Assembly: GCA_973895155.1 (NCBI GenBank)
Contig: OZ316897.1
Location: 19,967,224-20,031,223 of the forward strand
Source of the DNA: Marsupella aquatica
Taxonomy: Eukaryota > Plantae > Marchantiophyta
Direction of reading: 5' to 3'
Length of the DNA: 64,000 bases
A program made the translations under genes and the position numbers. This document shows positions 48,986-62,283 of the stretch, one piece after another (the first letter of the stretch is position 1; the number at the start of each line of letters is the position of its first letter). The notes under the pieces were generated by a model. It had not been told where the DNA came from. It did not search any database and was given only the letters and a program-made list of their open reading frames with translations.

Positions 48986-50541
48986 CTGTCAGCACCACAA
49001 CCCACGATCAGGTCTGCTACCAGGATAAAATCCAGGAGATTCCACGAGGTGCAATGAATTTGTAGTTATTTCTTGACGACTATGTTTCCAGTGATCTTTC
49101 TACAATGAGTGTTCAGAAATGGATAGCAGACCGGTAAGCCTCTCGAGTCCTAGGGTGCATTCCTACCTCCGTCCAAAGATGTATTTTCTTGTCTCCCTTG
49201 CTCTGCTGTGATCTTTGGTACAGATAACTTGCAAAAGTTAAATGACTCCTTTCCAACTGAGAGTAACGGCTATCTGTCAAGAATGCAATGATCTTAGAAT
49301 AGAATATTGAAATAATTGTGAAAGGCATATCCAGGTATCAACAAGCTCGTTCCTTCTCCCGTATTTCACTGTACCCACAGAAAGGACAGAGTCAAGAGCC
49401 TATCGAATTGGTACTAAAATACTTCCGCCAGAAGTCACATTTTATCCTTGGGTTGTGTACAGGACAGACTCTTAGGGCATCTTGACAGGCGTTCATTTGT
49501 AAGTTGACTACACTGTCCTTTCTGCGCTATACACAAACCAGAATCTCAGGTTTCTGAAAAGAGACTACTTAGAAATAAAGCCTAGCCATCCTCTGTAGAA
49601 TCCATCGTGATTAGACACAGATGTGAACGTGAAAGCGCTTCCCTCCCTCTCCTACAATTCAGAAATGAAGGCTGTCCATCATTCTTGAACTTGGCTCTTA
49701 TACAATCCGCGAAGAGACACATACGACATGAATGTAACAGCCTCCCCTCCCCCTCCCCCACACCCTGTGCTTCTTAACACGAAAAAGGAATCAAACTTGA
49801 AGTTCAACTCAAGTCTTGATCACATAAGCCTCATAGCAGGAAATTCCCGCAACTATAAATGTCACACCGTGGTGCTGGAACAAGAGTTTCTGTTTAAAAG
49901 TACGTACGCATAACGTTGAAATCGCTCTTCAGTCTCATTACCTGAAGGCCGTGTACACGAACAATGGCGGATGCCAATACCAATCAAACCGGAAGATGAA
50001 GGATAAACTCTGCAAATCAAACGTCTTTGTTGAGAATGTATTGAAGGTCGTTTGGTCTCATCAAATCCAAGAAAATGACATGCATACAAAATTAATCATA
50101 CCTGGCTGAGGACTGTTGCCTAAAGCGGTCCATATCCAAAAGTTCCATCGAGTCAGCTCCGTTCCCGTGCCGGGAATACGAAGCTCAATGGTACAGTTTT
50201 GAGAAATACGATCTTACCTGTTTGACAAAGGTTCAAATCAGTCTAAGTAGTGCAATCTTGCAGAGCCCTCAAATTTCAAGTCTCATCTTTCCTTCCCATG
50301 GATTAAGGAAAGAATATTCATTACGCGAAGGCTCAGGAAGCTCAGCTCAGCGTCACAGTTGGAGGAAGCCCTAGAAGCATAGCAGTAGCGGTATCTTCTC
50401 CAGGATCAATTCCTCCTGCTGGACTCTTTTACGAATCATCCCAGCTTTGCCATCAAAACTTAAGAATCAAAACTACAAGTTTTGAGAAGAAAAAGTATGA
50501 GAAGATCTTCCATCCAAACCCCAAAGCAACCACCGTCATAC

Positions 50542-50654
50542 CTGCACATTGCCCTCTGAAAAACTATAGCGCGAGTGCTCTTGTTTATCGCCCTCCAAGA
50601 AAGAACCCTTTCCAACCGAAGTGTCCTGCATACCAAACGAAGAATTGACGACAT
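50542..50654 (-). other. Candidate first coding exon of the PPR gene, with a mitochondrial-presequence-like peptide
   Basis: MSSILRLVCRTLRLERVLSWRAINKSTRAIVFQRAMC (R/S/L-rich) ends at donor cag|gtatga. Further donor/acceptor pairs near 49940-50010 and 50100-50220. Confidence 0.35.
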
Positions 50655-51388
50655 TTCTTCAAAGCAGAATTTGTGAACAAGTGTTATGCAGACCGTGTAA
50701 GTAGCAAATTGGGCAGGCTCGACAATTCGTTCAGAACAACAAGTTGAAGCAAGTGGCAACAAAATTGATCTAGATTGTGACGGGAAATCAGGAGACGGGC
50801 AGACCATGTGAATGAGCAGGACTTGAACCAGGATGGACAGTATCCCGGGCTGAAAAAGAGATTCTGTCCCGCTTCCTTGGGCGCTCAGAGGGGAGAAGTA
50901 TAGTTGCCCAGCAATCTAAGGTCGAAACGCAGAAGAACATCCAGTATAGCTAGGGTTTTACTAGGAATTCTCTGCCCAAAGGACATGACAAGAGGCCGTG
51001 TAAAAGTGGTAATGCGAACCTAACAGGGATCACTGGATTCGTCAGCATGTAGCTACGCACAGCTCGATACCAACTCCCCGAGAAGCAACCATAGCAATTC
51101 AGCAATCCGAAGCCACTACGACAAGTAATTCTTAGCAGGTTGTGAATTCTACAAGGATTGTTAGCTCATTAAATTACCTGCTGAACCACCATCCAATAAT
51201 ACATTCTTAATCTTGGTTCGTTTTATATTTAACTGTACCATTGCTCCCTTATCAGCTAATATTGTCTTTTCCAACTTATAAGTTGGTGTTCCTGGTTTTT
51301 CATGCTGGTTATCTTCGAATTCTTGTTGTAGTTGTCCTTTCCCTTACCTCACTGGTATTTGGTACTGCTGTCTCTTGTGCTCCCTCAC

Positions 51389-51980
51389 TCATTTTCTTGA
51401 ACACTTGAACACTGCTTCTCTGCGTTGTGGAGCTATACATAACAATTCTTCAACAGTTAATTCCACTTTAGCCTTTGATATAACCTCTACCAATTTCTTT
51501 ATTATCTCTTGCTCACTTTTTGCTCTGATTTGTTCCCTTCTCAATGGTTCTTCCCTTAATGATTCATCACTTATTGGGTCTTCCTCATGTGTAAAGGACT
51601 CTCTGATTTCTTCTTTAAAACTCTCATCAGACTCTAAAATTTTAGCTCCATCTTCTATTCTATCATCCAAACCCATTAATCTTTCTGGTCTTGGCAGCAA
51701 TTCACTTTGTTGATGTTGTCGGATTTGTTCTATTGTGTCTCGTGTTGGAGCGTCCAATTGTTCCCAACTGGTACTCGGTACTCCACTCATGGACGGTAGA
51801 TCTAACACGATCTCCCTTTTCAGGTCCAACATTGTTATGCCCGGTCCTTATTACCGGAGGATGTGTAGAGTGTGGTCTTTGCTTTTGAGCAAGTTGGTTT
51901 GGACACTCCGGATCAAGTTCATCAGGTGATCTTCGATCAGATGCATTGACACATCCTTTTGAGCATGTTTTCTGATGCAT
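51389..51980 (-). mobile_element. Degraded Ty3/Gypsy gag-protease linker fragment
   Basis: KLVEVISKAKVELTVEELLCIAPQRRE resembles the helix preceding Ty3 proteases; decayed Cys-rich stretch upstream. Confidence 0.4.
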
Positions 51981-52346
51981 GTTTGAGTGTGTCTTTTCTC
52001 CGGTTCAAGCATTGGTTTGGGGGCTTGGTTATCGGCCAGCTAGCCCATTATGGGCCCCCTTTTGTATGATTGAGTTCTTTCATCTTCACCACCTCCATGC
52101 GCCTCCAGCTTGGTCTTCCCCACTCGTGCATCGTAGGCCAACCCATGTGTGTGTGGGGGGGGCTTGGATAGTGAGGGAGTTGATATCCTTGGTGTGGTCA
52201 TGGTAGCAAGAGGATGGCAACACATGATGACATACGGCCGGGATGTGGTGGTTGCCATTGCTTGTGATTTTGGGTATCATGTTATGATGGAGCAGCACCA
52301 TGTGTTACCACCCCAGGATGGAGTTCCAGACAGGCGTTGTCCTGAG

Positions 52347-54051
52347 GATAAGCAAAAAGGTGGGAAAGGTCTTGAGAAACATGCTGGGTGTATGGCTGCT
52401 TGAGATAGTAGACGGTTGCAAACAAGACAACTCTAACCAACAAGACTTATAATCAACTTGCAAGCATAAGCCTCAAGCCCATACTTGACTTTCTTTCTTC
52501 ATGTTTCAATTTTTCTTTCTCATATAGTTTTTGACCTTTTGCACTTCTAAAACCTCTTGACTTTGGACCTCTAAAACACATTTAACTTTGCATCAAGAAG
52601 CCCATTTCTCATCATAACAACGTCATCTTGGCATGCATTTTTATCAACAAGTTCTAGTTCAAGCTCCAATGAATGCTCATAGATCAGGCCAAAGCTTGGA
52701 TAGATCAACATGCCTTATCCCATGTAAATGGGCAGGAACAAGATCATCACTTGGTTGTCAAGTCTAGGTAGAACATAAAGGTTTTCAAGACATTACTATA
52801 TATCATCAACCAAACATCTCAAAAATATCCACCTCATTCATAACCAAAGCAAAATAACTCATCCATTTACAAAATTGAGGACAACTCCTCTATAATCAAA
52901 TGAATATAACTATAGGTTTTTCAAAGTCAAAAGTAGATTTCCATCAAGACCCTCCTAGAAAGTAACACCAAGTAGTATGTATAAGATTTCACCCTACAAC
53001 GACCGTGCTCTTCTAGCCCAAGCCCTTCTCCTTCCTCCACGTCCTCCTTCCAATCGACGATTGGCCCGCCTTAATTGTCAAATGACCAGAGGCAATCCTA
53101 AACCTTCCGATCATGCACCTTCCTCTATCTTTGGCTTCCTCTCCTTCGGCATCATGCTTCAGCTCCACGGCATCGGCAACGGTAGCATCTTCCTCGGCAA
53201 TGGTTTGGCTAGTATTCGCCTTCACTTCCTTGATCCATGCTTGCTCCCCAATGCGTTCGGTCTTGATCATCTAAGGCTTCACATTCTTGTAATCCATGGA
53301 AGCAATACCAGTATCAGAACCCGTTACCGCAGCTTCGAGTTGATCCGCAGTACTTACCTTCATGACGGTATTCTAAAGATAAGCAAAAAGGTGGGAAAGA
53401 TCTCAAGTGAGAAACATGCTGGGTGTATTGCTACTTGTTATAGTAGACGGTTGCAAACAAGACAACTCTAAGCAACAAGACTTCTAATCAACTTGCAAGC
53501 ATAGGACTCAAGCCCATACTTGACTTTCTTCCTTCATGTTTCAATTTTTCTTTAGCATATAATTTTTGACCTTTTGCACTTTCTAAAACCTCTTGATTTT
53601 GGACCTCTAAAACACATTTGACTTCCTCTAAAAAAAACACATTCAACTTTGTATCAAGAAGCCTAATTATTCTCATCATTACAACATCATTTTGACATGC
53701 ATTTTTATCAACAAGTTCTAGTTCAAGCTCCAATGAATGCTCACAGATCAGGCCAACGCTTGGACATATCAACATGCCTTATCCCATGTAAATGGTCAGG
53801 AACAAGATCATCACTAGGTTATCAAGTCCAGGTAGAACATCAGGGTTTGCAAGACATCACTATCATCAACCAAGCATCTCAAAAATATAAACCTCATCCA
53901 TAGCCAAAGCAAAGTAACTCATCCATTTACAAAATTGAGGATAACCTTTCCTCTATAATCAAATTAATATAACTATAGGTTTTTCTAAGTCAAAAGTAGA
54001 TCTCCATCAAGACCCTCCTAGCAAGTAACACCAAGTAGTATGTATAAGATT
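52347..54051. repeat. Two ~650-bp direct repeats (52347-52988, 53378-54051) flanking a 389-bp unrelated insert; LTR-like sequence continues to about 55900
   Basis: gataagcaaaaaggtgggaaag...ccaagtagtatgtataagatt in both copies, with scattered substitutions and indels. Confidence 0.9.
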
Positions 54052-56339
54052 GCATCTGAAACCCCTTCAATAAGTCTATCAAAAACAAGCCTTTGAATTA
54101 GCATATCTACTCTTATCTTTCACCATCATAACAACTTCAAGAATTTCAACTCTCAAGAAAGCAAAGATTCAACCATGGAGAAGGGCTCCTCCCCTCCCAT
54201 ACTCCTTACATATCATCCTCCAATGTTTCCCTCTCCCAAACTGAGTGGAAAATTGGTCAGCGCTTCCGCACAAGAGTAAAGCCAATAATTTCCACCTTAC
54301 CTTTAATATTCTAGATATTGGGTAAGGATTGCAACAAAGGTGCCCTTCCAAGCTACATAAACCCCCAAGGCAAGACAAATCCACACTGGTAGGTGAATGA
54401 ACAAGTTAATTACCAAGACAACTACACTCAAGGTTAGGCAATACACCTCCAAGCACACATAAGCCCAATTCCTTCACATCTACTTTCCTAGGTCCCTCTT
54501 CCATCAAAGAAACTACCTCCCAACTTTCAACTAGACCCTTCAAATATTAGGCACCTAGAATGGGACCTAGAAGAGAGGAGTTATGGCTTTTTTACTCACA
54601 ATCATGATAATATCTTTCTTCCCCTCCAAACTCTCAACTCTAAGAAAGTGAGAATGAATAATGATCCCCTCCTTCTCTCCAAGCTCTCCCTTAAGCCCTT
54701 GGCATGCCTTCCCCATCAGAATTCGCAACTTCCTCCTCCAGCCCCACTTCAATCCAACCAAGCACTTAGCAATAATTGACTAGCAGCCCAACAACTGCCC
54801 GTCACCTCTCCACCATAATTCAGGCACTAAATCCAAGTGAATGTTGAGCAAATAGGGACCAGACAACAACAAAACTATGGACCAAATTCAATCCAACCTG
54901 AACTTGAGCTCCAACCACCCTCCAAGCCTCCACAACATTTGTCGAGGCCTAACTTGGAGCCCAACTAGCTTTTGCCACCTCTATGAACTCAACCACCTGG
55001 TTAACCTCCACAAATAGCAGCACACCACCAAGGCAAGGCTCAATCTTTTCCCCTAGCTTGAGTTGTCTTACTCTTGAAGCTTGAGCTTCACCCCTAGCCA
55101 TGGCAAAACCAACATTTGTCTCCTCTTGAGTTGATTGCAAACTGGAAACTATCACCTTACCGGTTTAACAACTCTTTTAACTTTAGTAAGAAGGGATGGT
55201 CATTAGTGCCACGCCACAATCCTCCTTATCACCTACCCAAGCTTGTCTTGCACTCCAAAGCTCGAGCCCTACCTCTTGCACATGCCACCTAATATTTGTC
55301 TCCCTTTCATTTGCTTGCAAACCAAAAACTGTCACTTTATCGGTTTAACTAGCATTTTAACTTGAGTAAGATCTAAGTGAATAGGAGGTAACTAACAATT
55401 CATCTTTTCTCCAAAAGTTCTAAGAATAAGCTTTGTACATAATTAGTGGATAAATAAATATCCATTACTAAGTTAGTAAGCAAAAATACGGAGTGGCTCT
55501 ATCTTCTTTGCCATTGGACCTTAAATTTCCGTTGATGATCCCATTGGCCAAACTAATCTTGCCAATTTGCTTCAATTTTTGTTACTAAAAATAATAAGAA
55601 ATGCAAAAAAAATCTATAATTAGCCCATTTTTGTCAAACTTAACTTTAGTGAAAAAATAAAGAAACATGGAATACAACCATGTAGGACCTGCCAACTACC
55701 TTCTTATTTGTCCTATATTACACTTGTATCACCATTATTTACTTATCCACCCACAAAAATGCAAAAATTACATGTTTTAATCTTTTTCTTTCTCTTCTTT
55801 TGCACAAGGTAAACATGAGGATTTCTCCATTAGGAAGAAAACCTCATGATAACGGCTGCTTTTATTGCCATAGTTCCGCAAATATCAGCTGCCATGCTTT
55901 CAACTTCCTCTAGAGTGGCCTTAAGTGGCACTCCTTTATTACCTGTCGGTCCCATGAATGACTTTGTCAAGTCTGCTACCAGTTGTATTGGGGTATAGCG
56001 ACGGAGATAGGAAACAGGTAAATATGAAATTTTTTTCTGAAAAAATTACTGTTACCAGGAAAAATGACAATTTAAAATATCTCCTAAAACATATCATTTC
56101 CAAAAAAATTAACAATGCAACATTTTTGGCTAGCTTTGGGCGCTCTATTAGCAACGCCGCGTGCTAGCAAAAAAACTGGTCGACTGAAAAAAAAGGTTTA
56201 GGGTTTAGGGTTTCTCAAAAAAAAAATTCAAAAAAAAATTTCCACCCATTTTCCTGTTACCAATTTTTTTTCCTGTTACCAATTTCTGTTATTAACTCCT
56301 GTTTCATGTTTTGCTCTCTTTTGTAAACACCTCGCTGTA

Positions 56340-58870
56340 TTATTTTCCCCCCAGTCACGTTGGACAACAATGAGCTCGATTTTGGCTTCAATGTACTTCC
56401 AGCTACCATGTCACCAAAGGGAATCCTTCCAGTTGGTTACCCTTGCCCTGCTTTGGCATACTTCTTCAGTTTCTCCGTTTGGTTGTCGGCACGCCTCTGC
56501 AACCCCACCATTTTATCCTTGGCCTCTTCCAGCTCCTGAGATAAGTCTTCTACTTCATCATTAAGCCAAAGTACTTCTGCTTTGGCCTCCTTCAGCTCTT
56601 CATTTAAGATCTGTACAATCTCAAACTTCTTATCCAATGCTGCTTTCTGAGAGTCGTTGATGAGTACTATCTTGGCAAGTTTGGCAGCACATGCATCCTT
56701 CACCTTCGTCATCTCCTCCTCAAGCTCATTCCATATCAGTTGCACTCGTTTTAGGTGGTTATTGGCATCTCTACAGCTTTCCTCTTCATGCTTTTCGCGT
56801 TGGGCCTGCAACCAGTTGAGAAGATTTTCCTGTTTCCTCTTGGAGTCTACCAAGGTTTTATTGAATTGGCTGAGTTGATCTTGACTTATTGTTTTGAGCT
56901 TTTCAGTTTTCTTAATAAGGCCCTATACTTCTTCCTTTGTATCGGCCAACTCAAGTTGTACCTTGGTCAACTTTTCCTTGATCCACCGGTTGTCCAATTG
57001 GTAGCTTTCGAACGATTAATTCCTCTTTCTTCAGTCGCTCCAAAGTCATCACCTCTTCCAACCTTGTTTGATCAGTGACTTCTTTTTTAAGAAAGAGCCC
57101 AGATTCTAACTCATTGCCAAAAATACCTAAAGCTAAGAGTCTACACATTTCTCCATACTCCTTCGCTCTACTTATCGCGTAATTAGACCTTCTAGGTGAT
57201 ATTGGCATCTGCCAACGAAGTCTTTTCTCCCAGGCTTCCTCCCGTAGTTGATCAAAGTCAGTGAGTGGCTCAGCCTGCTTCTCACTAAGCTGCCTTATTT
57301 CCTTCGGCCAATCTCCCCCTGGTAGTTGCCTTTCCTGAATTTCATTCCGAACTTCTCACTCCTTGAGTTTCTCTTGCAGCTCTGCCTTGGCATCCTTCAT
57401 TCGGTCGAACTCTCATGGTGCCACATCAGGTGGAGGAGACTCTAGGCTGATCTGGTCCTCTAGCCTACCATAGGAAACCGATGGGAGTCTTCTATAAAAT
57501 CCACCAAATGTCCTAACACCTGGTACCGGCCTCTCTACATGATCAACATAATCCTCATCATAGTCCTCCACATTAACTTGACTCATGGGTATGCCTATCT
57601 CTATTGCAAAGCCCCCAATCTCCGAGTATTGTCTGGCTGCCTCAGGCTGCCTCTCCTCCTCAGGCTCTCCTACTTGAACCCGGCGGGAAACTTTAGGTGT
57701 CGGCCTCTCTCGGCTTCTATCTTCCGACTTCGAATCCATCTATTCGTCTTGCTTCTTTCTCTCCTCTGCAGTCATCTTTCTCTCCACCAAGGTAATGCCT
57801 GCATATGGATTATTCCGAGTAAGCCGTCGCAACGGATTCCTCACCATATCCAGAGTTACTACCTCCGGCTCCTTGAGTGGGGAAATCACCCTTTCTTGTA
57901 CCGCTGGTTTTTTCCCCCTTCTTCATGTTTGCAAAGGTTCTTCCTCTTCCTCCTCTATGACTAGCGCTGTAATCGGCTGTTGCTCCTCTAGAGGTAACAC
58001 TGGTGCAAATGACTGGCTCCTGGTATAACAACAGAGTAATTGTAAATGGTAACCTAGTCTTGATACCGCTCCCTCCCCAATGCTCTCCTTCTCCTCATTT
58101 AATGCTTTCTTCAACTCAATTAGAAGATAGCCATAGTAATCACGGCTTGAGTCAACATTCTCCACTAGAAATACCTAGGCCTTGCCGATCTTTGCTCTGG
58201 GCAACATGCAGTGTAAAGTAACCCTTAGAAAATCAATTAGCTGTCCAGCATGTGAATTAGTGCATTGATTTCTAAAAAACCCATTCTTAGTGGAGGGCCT
58301 CGGAAATGATCTAAATTGGTTATTTGGTAACATCTTCCTTTGCTCCACCCCGGTCTCCTTTCCTTCTGGTAAAGAAAAAACGGCCTCAATCAATGCTGGT
58401 GATAGTTCCAACACCTTCCCATATAGCAACGTCGTGTTAGAAGAGGCCTCCCAGCATCCAACAAAGTCTAACAGATCTTTGTCTGGTATGTCAACTAACC
58501 TCCAAGGTAATCGGACGAATCCCTCCAATCTAGTGTTATCCATGTATCCGGAATACTTGTTATCTTGGATAGTGCCACTGAAGACATCATCCTCCTCCCT
58601 TGCGAATTGCAGTTGCAAATTGGCAGGTAACCTATCTGCCCATCTTGCCATGAACTTATCCTCAATCGCCCTATCCCAAACGGGTACGAGTTCAATTCTG
58701 GCTGGCCTCTCAGACCTGGTTCGCTTAGCTGGTGTGGCTGATGCCGAGCTACCCTTGCGCTTCATATCTTTTGAAGCCAAGCTTTCCCCAAGAATGGCTG
58801 CCTTAGTCCATGCCAAAGTGTGACCTTTTAATTCCCACAGTGGCCGCCCCGCGTTCTTGATTGCCTCCAA
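56340..58870 (-). pseudogene. Long degraded transposon accessory ORF (plant transposon-protein-like N-terminus, acidic linker, C-terminal coiled coil)
   Basis: Consecutive minus-strand ORF fragments (58175-58870, 57923-58165, 57413-57739, 56951-57208, 56437-56853) separated by stops or frameshifts. LYGKVLELSPALIEAVFSLPEG motif; heptad-rich C-terminus. Confidence 0.5.
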
Positions 58871-59826
58871 ACTTCCAACAACGTGATTCTCCTGATTAGC
58901 AATTCGTTGAGCTCAGCACTTGTGGGTATCCACAAAAAATTTTCTAATACCTCCTCCGCTCCCATGAATGTCGTCTTATGAATCCCCCATAATCGTGCAA
59001 GCTCTGCTCATCCCCTAGTTGCTTGTTCCGGCTCCACATCTTGGTAAGTGGGTATGAGCTGCCCTGATTCTTCAAGCAAACAGCCCCAGTACTTTCCTAC
59101 CTGATTGACAGTGTTCATTCCACCGATCAAAATGAAGCTTATGCAATCCTCCCACCCAGTACCTACTTCATAGCTAACAGTTGCTCCACTCCACAAAGTC
59201 AAGGCTGTGTGAACAAGAATGAGCAATTGGCAAAGTATCGGTCCCCACCTCCACGAAGCCGCCACTTAGTCGCTTGTGTAATCTGGGCATGGATTAGGTC
59301 GTAACCCTAATCTTGCTTGCTGCTGTTCGTTGATCTTGAATTACCACCATTGAAACTCCTTAGCTAGTTCCGTAATCGGCTCAAGAGTCCTTATTATTAC
59401 TTCAATTACCACATAATATATACATAATACTATTTACAAAAAGATTTTTTGCTTAACCAAAACTAAATGATTCCTGGCGAGGCATCACACCCTCCCATGA
59501 CACTTCAGAATTACGTTCAGAGAACCGACGTTCCCTCATATAACCAACTGGAACACTATACTCGTAGGAATTAGTGACAAATATGAACACCAGATATCGT
59601 TAGACATGCTAGTTCGACACTATTAGTCAGATAATGATAAATAACCTACATTGCACCCATAGGGATGGTAATACTCTTGCCTCCCAAAAGAAAGTAGGGG
59701 GGTTTAATGAGGTTACATCCCCCACTCACATGCTATTATACACCACAATTTACAACACATACATTAAGGAGGATAAATTTACAGTAGATAAGTTGGTTGC
59801 ACCCTTCCCATTGTAATGGTACAACC

Positions 59827-59978
59827 AAGGGGGAGTGTTGTAACCTAAGGTTAAGTCTACTCCTAATCATGGTGTAACCACTAACCTAAGGTAGTTATTA
59901 CAACCACCTGAGTAACTACCTCTATGTATATATGTTTCCCTACATGAATGAGAAGACTATTCTATGTAGTACTCAACA
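59827..59978 (+). mobile_element. PPT plus short (143-bp) 3' LTR of a Copia/TRIM-like element
   Basis: aagggggag at 59827-59835, then TGTTG...CAACA at 59836-59978. Confidence 0.75.
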
Positions 59979-62089
59979 ACAGTAGGATTATATCTTGTGT
60001 TTGCACGGATGAATAATATTGTCCTGCTGTAGGAGGATTAAACCAAGTCCGTGACCGAGGCCAGTCGGTCACAAAGGCTGAACAAAACTATACAACTACT
60101 AATATACTAAGTCAGAAGATGATTGCATTACTCTCCAAATCAAAAGCATATATGTCTTAGAAATGCCAACATTTGTCATTGATTTTCCATTCAATTATTC
60201 TTGAGAAACCAAGAGTTACCTGGAATTCAATTGAAGAGGGTCGCGCATCATAGAAAAAAAATAGGGAAAAGAATCCATGTGTCTCTGAGGACTCACTAGT
60301 TCCTTGCATCACTTCATTTGTCAAATTAATCTCCAACAAGGTGTTGTGGTTCACCAGTCTTTCAAGTCAAATTGGCTAAATAGTGACGTTGGGGTAAACT
60401 CCACTGTTACGGTCTGGTCTGTTCGGACTACGGCCAGAGTTGGTATCAGGATGGGGTGGGGGTGAGGCCAAGAGGGTGCAAACTGAGTCCGGAGGATGTT
60501 GGTTGAGTCAAGAAATGGGATCCTCTTTGTCTGAGCTCAAGTTTACCGCGTTCACCACAGACCAAACTTGAACTGTGGCGAGCAACTTGTTTGCTACCTC
60601 GGGGACGACCTTTGTTGTTGTTGTTGTTGTTGCTGCTGCGGTCCGCTCCCCGCAGGTCCTGGTGAGGAGGGCATGGGTACCACCATATGGGTTGGGGCTG
60701 GAGGCACATCTCTGGTTTGCAACAAAGGAGGAGCCTGATGCTGCTCCTGTTGTTGCAATGATCGTCCAGCTATGATGCCATCGATACTCAGCTTCTCAAT
60801 TAAAACTCTTGCTCGGGTACATGATCAAAATGGTGTTGTGCTAAGTGAATTGTGCCCGAAAGTGTGTAGATTTTATTGGGGATGCAAACGAGAGCTTTCC
60901 AAAGATCCAGGCACTTGTTACCGTCAAAGAAATGTTGGGCCACGTACTCCTGCAAGGTGTGATCTTGATCAAGCGGGAGGCTGAAATTGACGTTGCAATG
61001 CTTCTTGGCTATGGCACAGATAGCTCGACTAAATTCCTTTGTGTAGGCTAGCCTTCACGGATTGAATTGAGCGTATGATGTAGCAATGTGCTTAGCTGGT
61101 GAGTAAAATGGTGCCAAAAGGTAATGATATACAAGGGATATGCATGAGTTCAGCCTGCAAACCCACCTTGAACCTCTACTGATAGTGAGTGCAATGTAGA
61201 AACAATCACAAGTGAATTAGCGTTCTTATTGATGACAACAAGGGAGCACGTACTAATCCAAGGGTTTCAGGTAAGACTATGCTTTGTAGAAATACTTTCA
61301 GGTATGACTATCTCCAAAAAATTGAGAGGGAATAACTAAAGAGAGTAAATATTAGGTACCTTAAGTACTGCTTACCTTGCAAAAGTATTTCAAAACATGA
61401 AAAAAATGAAGATGGGAGTGACAAGGGCTAAATACTTTGTACATAAAACTATATACATATTTTTAAGCAAAAGTGACAGTACGCTAAAAATGGCTTTTAG
61501 AGAGTACATTTGGTGGACTAAGGTAGATAGTTGTATGATTATGTTACTATTAAAAAATGGAAAAAGTAATCACACGGGCCATGAGAAAGGGTTGCAGGGA
61601 CAAGGGGGCCCATTAAGTATATTGGAAAGGTGAGGGGCTTGTCAGGAATATCTTTACCTAGAGGGGCCATCAAGTATTTTGCTGCTCATCTTACAAGAGA
61701 AACGTTTGATATACTAGACAGAAGAATGATGTACATTCTTCATAGACCGTACAGACTCTTGTGGCCAAAAAGTTTTGGAGTCATTTGGCGCCCCCTCCGC
61801 AAAACTGACTTTCAGTTCAGCCAATGACAGAAGAGCAAACCTTCTCTAGTAGAATTGTTTTGTATATGCTGGAGCTCCGCCAAATCTAGTTGGACGGGTG
61901 GCCAATACTGCTAATTTAGTGAAGCGCCACATGCAGCAGCTCAGCCACAAATTAATATTGAAGCCAGTGGACATGACATGCTGTTGATTAAATTCCTCAG
62001 CTCTAATTAAGCCTCATAGGTAGACTCCTCCTTGTGAGTTGTGACTCATAGGTAGGTAGACTGCTCCTATATTATTCTAAGTCTGGGTA

Positions 62090-62283
62090 CTGTAGTTGAC
62101 TCTTGCTACGCCAATTTACTGGTCCCCTGAAATGCAAATGAAATACTGAAGATACCCTTCCATAGAAAGTCCGTAATCAGCGTCTCTAAATCAATCAGGT
62201 GAGTGCGGCATCTTTTGGTAGAAGAGTCCAAAATCCACAGTGCCTTCGATGTAGCAAATGATATGTTTGGTGGCATCTAAGTG
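62090..62283 (-). mobile_element. Degraded Ty1/Copia RT-RNase H junction fragment
   Basis: HLDATKHIICYIEGTVDFGLFY...F.DADY matches the Copia consensus H..A.KRILRY.KGT...GL.Y...G..DADW. Confidence 0.75.

Noticed and set aside
24690-53300. Shared acattcttRtaatccatg (MDYKNV) near 24694 and 53281
   Set aside because: An 18-bp match with one mismatch and no flanking similarity is compatible with chance in 64 kb
56195-56213. TTTAGGG repeats as a telomere or chromosome-fusion scar
   Set aside because: Only about 2.5 units; short telo-box-like tracts are common in plant repeats
60360-61100. GC-richer stretch with a (TTG)n microsatellite and short ORFs
   Set aside because: No consistent frame or recognisable motif; left unannotated
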